IMG/VR virus record: IMGVR_UViG_3300017751_000001
DNA from: a virus
Strand: one strand, 5' to 3'
Length of the DNA stretch: 64,000 nucleotides
Shown here: positions 18,499 to 26,018 of the stretch, in pieces
Layout of the letters: every line of letters starts with the position of its first letter
Position numbering within the stretch: position 1 is the stretch's first letter
Translations under genes and position numbers: made by a program
The notes under the pieces: model-generated
Databases searched by the model: none
Told to the model about the DNA's origin: nothing
Seen by the model: the letters and a program-made list of their open reading frames with translations, nothing else

Positions 18499-18905
18499 CA
18501 GTCCAAGTTGTTAATTAGAATTTTTTTGATAATTGAGCTCGAAGAATAATCTCCAACTCTTGGTAAGAATCTAACTTCTTTGACAATATCTTTTCCAACA
18601 ACATCACCATTTTCCCAGTCATTTCCTAAGAGGAGAATATCTGGTTTATAAACTCTGATAAGATCTTCCAATCCCTTTCGATCATTGAAATAGTGGACAA
18701 CATCAATATACTTGATTGATTCGAGCATTGATATTCTATAACAAAGATCATTTATGGGTTTGGTTTGACCTTTATCTTTTTTAATCTTCACATCACTATC
18801 TGTAGCGACAATGACACGATCACCCAGAGATCTCGCTACTCTGAATAGTTCTATGTGTCCAGGATGTAAAATATCAAACGTGCCATTTACAAATACAGTC
18901 TTCAT
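18498..18905 (-). CDS. hldC: Heptose-1-phosphate nucleotidyltransferase (stand-alone HldE domain II)
   Basis: NGTFDILHPGH (HxGH), GDRVIVATDSD, KGQTKPIN and YSSSSII; translationally coupled to the kinase. Confidence 0.85.
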   Translation of the reverse strand: MKTVFVNGTFDILHPGHIELFRVARSLGDRVIVATDSDVKIKKDKGQTKPINDLCYRISMLESIKYIDVVHYFNDRKGLEDLIRVYKPDILLLGNDWENGDVVGKDIVKEVRFLPRVGDYSSSSIIKKILINNLD

Positions 18906-20701
18906 TAATTTTTAGCCTCAATCATCAACCCATGTTCGGGTAAGTAGAGATATTCGATATCAGATTCAGAAAGGGTTCTGCAAGCATCATCAATTGTTTC
19001 AACGAGAGGCTCGCCCCCCAAATTAAAAGAAGTGTTGAAGACAATAGGACAACCAGTAGCTTCATAAAATTCTTTAATCAAATCATAATAATTTTTATTT
19101 TGTTCTTCGGTGACTGTTTGAATCCTACAAGTACCATCAACATGAATGATTGCAGGAATTTTCTCTTCAATCCCATCCTGACATTTAACAGCATACATCA
19201 TGAATGGGGTTTCGTCCATACCACGAAGATCAAACCACTCATGAACATGTTCTTTAAGGATTGATCCAGCAAAAGGTCGGAAGTATTCACGATTTTTTAC
19301 TTTATTAACAAAATCCTTTCCATCTGGATCACGAGGATCATAAAGAATAGACCTGTTACCTAGTGCTCTAGGACCAGCCTCGGATCTACCTTGGAAGATA
19401 GCAACAATATTTTTATTGGTAATTAAATCAATTACATCTTTGTTTGTGGCTTCAAAAACTCTTGTAGATCCATACTTATCTGCAGTATCTACAATTTGAT
19501 CAGTCGAATACATATATTCAAATCCAGTATAAAGATCTTTTAGGGGTTCGCGGACTTGTGCATCTTTAGTTACTCTATGGTATTGGAGAAGTGCAGCTCC
19601 AATTGCAGTACCAGCATCATTACTTACAGGTTCTACAAATAGATTAATACCTTCATCTTTTAGTTGTTCAAGATACCAATAGTTAGCAACACAATTTAGT
19701 GCATATCCACCAGTCAATACTACATTAGTTTGACCAGTCATATTTACAACTTTACGAATTAGGTCCAGAACCATTTGTTGAGACTCTACTTGAATAGCGT
19801 ATGCCATGTCTCTACGGTTCTGTAAGAGGGTCATATCACCTTCAAAGTCATAGTCAGTCTTAAGGTATTTAAACCGCCCCTGATTGACTAGGGCACCGTT
19901 AGGATACGTTGGTGTAATGAGGTCTCTATTGGATGTTTTCCACTCAGAGGCCCCGTTATAATCCGTATACACATCTGGAATATCGTCATTGGGGGTTCCA
20001 TATGGGAATAGACCCATAGTTTTACCAGCTTCAATAGGAGACCACCCACAATACTGTGTTACAGCTTCATATGCCTTAGTGATACCAGCAGTATCATCAA
20101 GAATCATTTCATGAGTTCCTTCCTCACCTTCCCTTTCACTACTAAACTCTTCAAATCGAATAGAGTTCCATGGACCTCTTCCGCCTTGATGTTTGTAGAT
20201 TGTCTTGAATTCTGATGGATACTCACAATTGAACATGGATTCTAGTTCCCATGTCATTTCATTTTCCCCATTAATATTCATGGGAATGAAAGTACCTGCA
20301 CCATCAACAACAACAGCTGCAGCACGACTAAATCCAGACCTATAGAAGGCACATGCTGCGTGAAGTTTATGGTGAGTTGAACTCAAATCAATAACTTGAG
20401 GGTGTTGATTTGGATTTTCTTTCCTATCAATTAGTCCTAACTTTCTTGCCAATGCAACATAGATTGGATCTCCACTAAAATCACAATGCCCAGCCTCACT
20501 TAGTGGTTGAGTATGTGCGATAACGAGATAATCAAGAGTATCCGTGAAGTCCAAAATTCTAGTCATACAAGCATATGGACCTCCATCATACTTGTTCCTA
20601 GAAAGTCGTTCTTCTTCTATTGATAAGACAATTTCACCATCTTTTAGTAGACAGAGCCCTGAGTTGTGACCTCGGGCAATAGCCGCAATCCATTGTGACA
20701 T
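18905..20701 (-). CDS. Full-length NodU/CmcH/TobZ-family O-carbamoyltransferase
   Basis: N-domain EEERLSRNK, HHKLHA, GKTMGL, GGYALNCVAN. C-domain EAGPRALGNRSIL, VKNREYFRPFA, HVDGTCRIQTV, NTSFNLGGEP. Confidence 0.95.
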   Translation of the reverse strand: MSQWIAAIARGHNSGLCLLKDGEIVLSIEEERLSRNKYDGGPYACMTRILDFTDTLDYLVIAHTQPLSEAGHCDFSGDPIYVALARKLGLIDRKENPNQHPQVIDLSSTHHKLHAACAFYRSGFSRAAAVVVDGAGTFIPMNINGENEMTWELESMFNCEYPSEFKTIYKHQGGRGPWNSIRFEEFSSEREGEEGTHEMILDDTAGITKAYEAVTQYCGWSPIEAGKTMGLFPYGTPNDDIPDVYTDYNGASEWKTSNRDLITPTYPNGALVNQGRFKYLKTDYDFEGDMTLLQNRRDMAYAIQVESQQMVLDLIRKVVNMTGQTNVVLTGGYALNCVANYWYLEQLKDEGINLFVEPVSNDAGTAIGAALLQYHRVTKDAQVREPLKDLYTGFEYMYSTDQIVDTADKYGSTRVFEATNKDVIDLITNKNIVAIFQGRSEAGPRALGNRSILYDPRDPDGKDFVNKVKNREYFRPFAGSILKEHVHEWFDLRGMDETPFMMYAVKCQDGIEEKIPAIIHVDGTCRIQTVTEEQNKNYYDLIKEFYEATGCPIVFNTSFNLGGEPLVETIDDACRTLSESDIEYLYLPEHGLMIEAKN

Positions 20702-20710
20702 TTAAATACC

Positions 20711-21886
20711 TCAATTAATATCAGTTTTTAGTAGATTCTTTACTTCGTTTTTGAAACCTACTTTTGGTTTTTTAGGTTTTTCTACAATATTTGCAGGTGG
20801 TTGATTCCACTGAGGTTGTGGCATCAATGCAGCACTTCCTGGCAACACTGCAGTATTTCCTGGTGCAATTGCAGGAGTTGTTGAAGTTCCAGGCGGGCAT
20901 GTAGGACATTCTGTGCTTTGTGGAGGAGTATAAGTTCCTTTAAATGAAACGGGTTTACCTAAATGTTTTCTAGCAGAACGCAAAATAGATTTGACTTGTT
21001 CCGCAGACATTTCCATGGATTGATCATTATACCGATCAACAGTTTCATCCATAGTTAATCTAATTGGAGAATATTTCCTTCTGTCTAAACCAATATCAAT
21101 TAGATCAAAGTTACTATCTTCTGGATAAGAAATATTAACTGGATAAGTAGATCCAATAACTACAGTTGCTTTTTTGTCAAGAGACTTGCAAATATGTTGA
21201 CCGATACTATCTACACCTATAAAGTGATCAGCAACATCTATAATAGCAGCCCATACTCTAATGTCCTCAATTTGAGGTCTTGCAATTTTATATTTTGACT
21301 TCTCTTCATTTTCTTCTACTGGAAACTGGAGTTCAGACATTACAATGATACCATAATCTTTTTTAAGATCATTGATAATATCTACAGTGTTTACGAGAGA
21401 CATACTTCTTGACGAAGCATCTGCGATAAACTCTCCAACTTGCTGAACACCTCTACCGAAAGGCTGGATTACTACGACTTTATCTTTACCACTTACTGAT
21501 TTCACTTCTTGAATCATATTGTAACCAGCAATAACCTCCATCTTAGTGAGATTGAGAGTTGGTTTGGGAAGTTCTCTGGGTTCATCTAGACCATTGATTT
21601 CCATATCAAAAGCCTGTGTCAAACTACATTTTTGATTGTAGTAATGCCACATTCTATATGGTTCTGGTGAAACACAATCTCTATGTTTCAAATGTTCCTG
21701 AAACAAATTCTTGTGCCACATATCATAAACTTTACCATCTAAAGTTGGATGACCTTTAAAAAAGTCAGTTCCTCCTTCAGCAACGATGATAAAATCATCA
21801 TGTGTTTCTGCATATTTTTCAAATGCAGGAATGGAGCAAAGCACTCTACCGGCTCCTCCATTGACAAAAAATGCTTTGGATCTCAT
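20711..21886 (-). CDS. GT-B fold glycosyltransferase, family 9 (heptosyltransferase)-like
   Basis: N-terminal GGAGRVLCSIPA, VVVIQPFG, and GT9-like signature WAAIIDVADHFIGVDSIGQHICKSLDKKATVVIGST. ATG at 21886 preferred over the TTG at 21901. Confidence 0.72.
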   Translation of the reverse strand: MRSKAFFVNGGAGRVLCSIPAFEKYAETHDDFIIVAEGGTDFFKGHPTLDGKVYDMWHKNLFQEHLKHRDCVSPEPYRMWHYYNQKCSLTQAFDMEINGLDEPRELPKPTLNLTKMEVIAGYNMIQEVKSVSGKDKVVVIQPFGRGVQQVGEFIADASSRSMSLVNTVDIINDLKKDYGIIVMSELQFPVEENEEKSKYKIARPQIEDIRVWAAIIDVADHFIGVDSIGQHICKSLDKKATVVIGSTYPVNISYPEDSNFDLIDIGLDRRKYSPIRLTMDETVDRYNDQSMEMSAEQVKSILRSARKHLGKPVSFKGTYTPPQSTECPTCPPGTSTTPAIAPGNTAVLPGSAALMPQPQWNQPPANIVEKPKKPKVGFKNEVKNLLKTDIN

Positions 21887-21932
21887 ATAAAAAAACTCCA
21901 AACAGTATAATAAAGAATGATCTATTCTGATG

Positions 21933-21940
21933 TATTTAGT
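21933..21940 (-). promoter_or_regulatory. Late promoter variant ACTAAATA heading the glycosylation operon
   Basis: Intergenic, 47 nt upstream of the GT9-like ATG; identical to the motifs upstream of gp8 and gp19. Confidence 0.65.
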
Positions 21941-21949
21941 CTACCAAAA

Positions 21950-22594
21950 TTACATGAATAATACTTGTACAAGTCTTGGAAACTCAGTAAACATACCCCT
22001 TTTAAGAACTGCTCCATGCATGTGATCACATTCATATAACACCATCCTATTGTATTTCATTTTAGATTCATATTCTAATCTTGGTACGGCTGATGGATCG
22101 TCTGGCATCCAAGCATAAAAATTAGTTCCTCCATCACATTCCTGATCTTTATTGAGGTAGATTACTGCAGCCCACTTATAATTAGTGGAATCTTTATGGA
22201 ATGTATATGTATGTTTTTTCTCATTGAATCTAGTTTCAATATCATTTCCATTAGTTACATTTGCCATAAATTTAGTATCTCTCCAAAAAGTATCATCGTA
22301 CTCTGGATTCCAAAAATCAAATTGACATGCTTTTTCAAAAACTGATTTTAAATTCTCATCAAATCCTTCTATATTTTCAATAACTCTTGATCCTATAAGA
22401 TTTCCCGTATATTTCTTATCGGTCTTGCGAGTACCATTAAGAGCAATTTTTCGTACTTCATCGGGATTTTTATAGAAATCATCTATAGTAATTACATATC
22501 TCCATACATGCCCTAGGTCATTTTTAGCATGATCATATATTTTTTTTACTGTCGTCTTACGAGATTCATTTAGTTCAAACATATTTCTTCCCAT
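21950..22594 (-). CDS. 2OG-Fe(II) oxygenase-like protein (DUF6445-like)
   Basis: IDDFYKNPDEVR, FHKD, WAAVIYLN, GGTNFY and NRMVLY..HMHG. Paralogue of 12189..12896. Alternative ATG at 22582. Confidence 0.75.
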   Translation of the reverse strand: MGRNMFELNESRKTTVKKIYDHAKNDLGHVWRYVITIDDFYKNPDEVRKIALNGTRKTDKKYTGNLIGSRVIENIEGFDENLKSVFEKACQFDFWNPEYDDTFWRDTKFMANVTNGNDIETRFNEKKHTYTFHKDSTNYKWAAVIYLNKDQECDGGTNFYAWMPDDPSAVPRLEYESKMKYNRMVLYECDHMHGAVLKRGMFTEFPRLVQVLFM

Positions 22595-22595
22595 T

Positions 22596-22617
22596 AAAAA
22601 AGGGAGCCTTAGCTCCC
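22596..22617 (-). terminator. Rho-independent terminator
   Basis: Minus strand GGGAGC-TAAG-GCTCCC followed by TTTTTT, downstream of the chaperone gene. Confidence 0.85.
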
Positions 22618-22644
22618 ATATAATATTATATATCTACCTCAGAC

Positions 22645-23412
22645 TCAACCAATAACACCACTACTTGGGGGCGCCCAATCGGCAGATGCATCTGCAGGTT
22701 CTTCTGGGTCAGATGGAGGATTAGTAAAGTATGGTACGTCAGGGAACATATAGTATGCCATATTTGGAGAAACACCAGCTGCAGCTAATTCAGCGGGAAG
22801 ATCTCTCAACTTCTGACGATATGCTTTCCATATAGTCTTCATGTCCTCGGGCATGTCCTCTGCAATTTGACCATCACTACCACTGAGAATTCCATTTCTA
22901 TGATCTCTGATCTCATCCCAAGTTAGATCATCGGCTCTACCAATAAGTTTCTCATTAACACTGAATGCATGTACTGTTGGAGCTCCATCAACGATTCTTA
23001 CCGATGCACCATCATAAAGATCTTCGATAAACAAATGTTGATTATACTTTAATTGTCTGTACCCCTGAGCAGTCATATCGGGACAATCTGGATGAGCAAC
23101 GTCATCCTCCATGTCTCGGCTTTCTTCTTTTTCATCGATGACTGGTCCTCTCAGTTGGCAGATGAGTGGATACTCGGTGCAATCCACTTCAAACATTTGA
23201 GTTACATCGGCTGGAATTGGTCTTCCATCAGCCATGTCATCTTCGGTCAGGGGCCCATGTACTTCGGTGCCATCAGCACCAATTTGTAGCCAAATTTTAT
23301 CGGGACCATCATAAGTAACGGCTCTTGTTTTGCCTTCTGAATATGAGTGATCTCTTAGGAAATCGTTTGGAACGGGCATGTTCCAATCGTGGGAAATAAT
23401 TTCTGTTGCCAT
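22645..23412 (-). CDS. Tail fibre assembly chaperone-like protein
   Basis: C-terminal WDEIRDHRNGILSGSD...WKAYRQKLRDLP matches the phage tail assembly chaperone motif (R..R...L..SD...W..YRQ.LRDLP). Follows the Cys-rich triplet. Confidence 0.75.
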   Translation of the reverse strand: MATEIISHDWNMPVPNDFLRDHSYSEGKTRAVTYDGPDKIWLQIGADGTEVHGPLTEDDMADGRPIPADVTQMFEVDCTEYPLICQLRGPVIDEKEESRDMEDDVAHPDCPDMTAQGYRQLKYNQHLFIEDLYDGASVRIVDGAPTVHAFSVNEKLIGRADDLTWDEIRDHRNGILSGSDGQIAEDMPEDMKTIWKAYRQKLRDLPAELAAAGVSPNMAYYMFPDVPYFTNPPSDPEEPADASADWAPPSSGVIG

Positions 23413-23446
23413 GGTTAGATTTTTTCAGGTTAACATCCTTCCCAGT

Positions 23447-23454
23447 TATTTATA
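23447..23454 (-). promoter_or_regulatory. T4-type late promoter TATAAATA
   Basis: Exact consensus 35 nt upstream of the chaperone ATG. Confidence 0.8.
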
Positions 23455-23463
23455 ACAAAACAT

Positions 23464-23488
23464 AAAAAAAAGACCCCTTTCGAGGTCT
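23464..23488 (-). terminator. Rho-independent terminator
   Basis: Minus strand AGACCTC-GAAA-GGGGTCT (GNRA loop, one G-U pair) followed by a T tract. Confidence 0.85.
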
Positions 23489-23528
23489 AAATGGACAATC
23501 GGGACATCCTGCCCCACAACATCCAGAA

Positions 23529-24326
23529 TTACATATAACTAATTTTAACAAGACCACTTCCACCTGTTCCACCTTGTCCACAACATCTTTCACAGTAAGA
23601 TGTGACTGCACCCTGACCACCGTGTGCGTATGGAGCTCTCCAGCATCCACAACGAACCCAACAATGTCTAACAGTAGAATTAACTGCCATAGTACCCAAG
23701 AATGGAGCTCCTGTGGGTCTACTTTCATTGAAGTAACAATGACAGTTCCAACCAGCAGAACCATATCCCTTTCTAGTACCACCACCATGGTTACCCATTC
23801 CGAAGTCTCCTCCATGAGCACCAGGTTGAAAACAACACTTAGCCATAGAACTATAGCAAGTTGTAGACCAAGAGTTGGTAGCACAACCTCTAGTGCCACC
23901 CATTGCACAGAAGTTACTTAAATTATATCCATTTACATATGAAACACATCCATCACATCCAACACACTCTCTAGAACAACAACGATAAACACCACCAGCA
24001 CATACAGAATATGCACAACCAGCTTTTGTTCCAATGGTTTTTGCGTTATAGTATCCACCCTGGGCTCCATGCCAGTTATAACATCTATTACAAGAACATG
24101 TTCCGTGTCCGTTTCCTCCAGCACCCCAGAGTTCCCAATAAATTCGTTGTACTCCAGTAGGAACAGTCCAAGCGCAGCAACATCCAGAAGTCATTGCCGT
24201 AGGATCACCATATATCCACTTAACATTCCAATTGGAGAATGCTCCACTCGCTAGTTGAGTGTTAGTAATAGACCCATCAACAATTTGTGAGTTACTAATC
24301 TGTTTATAAGAAGCGTAATTAGCCAT
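23529..24326 (-). CDS. Cys/Gly-rich tail-associated protein, paralogue 3
   Basis: 265 aa, 26 Cys by my count. Shares MANY.SYK, GCCC.W.VP.GV, WGAGGNGHG.CSC.RC and CCGQGGTGG.G.V.I.Y with the two upstream ORFs. Confidence 0.85.
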   Translation of the reverse strand: MANYASYKQISNSQIVDGSITNTQLASGAFSNWNVKWIYGDPTAMTSGCCCAWTVPTGVQRIYWELWGAGGNGHGTCSCNRCYNWHGAQGGYYNAKTIGTKAGCAYSVCAGGVYRCCSRECVGCDGCVSYVNGYNLSNFCAMGGTRGCATNSWSTTCYSSMAKCCFQPGAHGGDFGMGNHGGGTRKGYGSAGWNCHCYFNESRPTGAPFLGTMAVNSTVRHCWVRCGCWRAPYAHGGQGAVTSYCERCCGQGGTGGSGLVKISYM

Positions 24327-24346
24327 TTGGAGTCCTATTTAATAGT

Positions 24347-24354
24347 TATTTATC
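24347..24354 (-). promoter_or_regulatory. Late promoter GATAAATA
   Basis: NATAAATA motif 21 nt upstream of paralogue 3. Confidence 0.65.
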
Positions 24355-25153
24355 AGAAGTAAGTGATTTTGACGAGTCCGCCACCACCAGTACCGCCTTG
24401 TCCGCAGCAACTTGAACCACAATAAGTAGTCATTGCACCTTGACCACCATGACCATAAGGAACAATCCAGCAACCACAACGAACCCAACATTCACGAAGT
24501 GATTGGTGAACATCAGTTCCAATGAGTGGAGCAGAAGTTGGAGTAGTCATATGAACATAACAGTGACACCAACGACTACGGTTGGTAGAATATCCACCCA
24601 TAGTCCAAGTGTCTCGTAGAGTACCCATACCAAACTGACCACCATTACTTGTAGGAGCCACACAGCAGTGCCATTCTGCATTACAGGCGGTCTCCCATGA
24701 GGTATTGGCGTGACCACAAGATCCACCGTATGCACAGAAGTTACTTAGATTATACCCATTTACATATGATGAGCATCCGTTACATCCCGCACATTCCCTA
24801 GAGAGGCATGGATATACACCAGCTGCACATACAGAATATGTACATCCAGCGGTGGTATCTAACATCACACTGTTATACAGTCCACCGCCAGCACCTCTGT
24901 AGTGATGACATCTACTACATGAACATGCACCATGTCCATTACCACCAGCACCCCAAGCCTGGATCCAGAGTTTTTTAACTCCAGTAGGAACAACCCAAGC
25001 GCAGCAACATCCAGGTGAACATCGGCACATGGTTCCGTAAAACCACTTTACTCCGAATGTTGAGGTTGGGGAAGTGGAGAATTTTGTAGATCCTAAGATT
25101 CCATTATCTAGTTGATCTCCGTTAATTTTTTTGTAACTTGCGTAATTGGCCAT
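24353..25153 (-). CDS. Cys/Gly-rich tail-associated protein, paralogue 2
   Basis: 266 aa, 27 Cys; same motif framework. Confidence 0.85.
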   Translation of the reverse strand: MANYASYKKINGDQLDNGILGSTKFSTSPTSTFGVKWFYGTMCRCSPGCCCAWVVPTGVKKLWIQAWGAGGNGHGACSCSRCHHYRGAGGGLYNSVMLDTTAGCTYSVCAAGVYPCLSRECAGCNGCSSYVNGYNLSNFCAYGGSCGHANTSWETACNAEWHCCVAPTSNGGQFGMGTLRDTWTMGGYSTNRSRWCHCYVHMTTPTSAPLIGTDVHQSLRECWVRCGCWIVPYGHGGQGAMTTYCGSSCCGQGGTGGGGLVKITYF

Positions 25154-25166
25154 TGATTCCCCTTGA

Positions 25167-25949
25167 TTACATGTATGTGATACGTACTATTCCAGATCCA
25201 CCAGTACCGCCTTGTCCGCAGCATCTTTCACAATATGAGGTCATTGCACCTTGACCACCAGCACCATATGGAGTCGTCCAGCAACCACAGCGCATCCAAC
25301 AGTAGGCACTATGGGTTTTATTACCAATTCCAATGAATGGAGCAGCACCAGTACAAGTCTGAGTATTACTTTGTCCACAATGACAGTTCCAGTGACCACT
25401 GAATCCTGGCCAATGGGGTGCGACTGCAAAGTCTCCACCATAACTTCCTGCTTGCATACAGGTGTGATAAGTAGAATGACAGAGGTTAGACCAATCTGTA
25501 TTAGCCTCTCCTCTACCGCCACCCACCGCACAGAAGTTAGTTAGGTTGTATCCATTTACATATGATGCACATCCGTGACATCCAACACATTCTCTAGAAC
25601 AGCATCTATAGACGCCAGCAGCACATACTGTATATTGACAACTTCCTGCGGTAGAAATCGTCTTGGTGTTGAAACTGCCACCGCCAGCACCTCTGTAGTG
25701 ATGACATCTGTTGCAAGAACATGCACCATGTCCATTACCACCAGCACCCCAGAGTTCCCAAGTAACTTTGCCAACTCCAGTCGGTACTGTCCAATTACAG
25801 CAACAACCAGAAGTGAGTACTCCTGGATCACCATAAATTGTCTTTACATTCCAGCTCGGTCCAACACCAGTAGAAAGCTTTTCAATGGTGATGGACCCAT
25901 CTGGAACCTGGGCCGCAGAGACTTTTTTATATGATCTATAGTTGGCCAT
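25167..25949 (-). CDS. Cys/Gly-rich tail-associated protein, paralogue 1
   Basis: 260 aa, 25 Cys; same motif framework. Confidence 0.85.
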   Translation of the reverse strand: MANYRSYKKVSAAQVPDGSITIEKLSTGVGPSWNVKTIYGDPGVLTSGCCCNWTVPTGVGKVTWELWGAGGNGHGACSCNRCHHYRGAGGGSFNTKTISTAGSCQYTVCAAGVYRCCSRECVGCHGCASYVNGYNLTNFCAVGGGRGEANTDWSNLCHSTYHTCMQAGSYGGDFAVAPHWPGFSGHWNCHCGQSNTQTCTGAAPFIGIGNKTHSAYCWMRCGCWTTPYGAGGQGAMTSYCERCCGQGGTGGSGIVRITYM

Positions 25950-25969
25950 TTACGATCCTAGATTAGTTT

Positions 25970-25977
25970 TATTTAGA
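25970..25977 (-). promoter_or_regulatory. Late promoter variant TCTAAATA
   Basis: Intergenic, 21 nt upstream of paralogue 1. Confidence 0.65.
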
Positions 25978-26018
25978 TAAAAATTTATAAAGAAAATCAT
26001 AACAAAGATAGTCACGTA

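Noticed and set aside
23450-23908. 152-aa ORF overlapping paralogue 3, taken as a whole gene
   Set aside because: The first ~125 codons are a Val/Leu-rich +1 shadow of the real gene. Only the Cys-rich tail beyond the stop is unexplained and is reported as a finding.
23529-25949. Selenocysteine or stop-codon recoding in the Cys-rich genes
   Set aside because: No in-frame TGA at Cys-equivalent positions; all three align end to end with ordinary stops.
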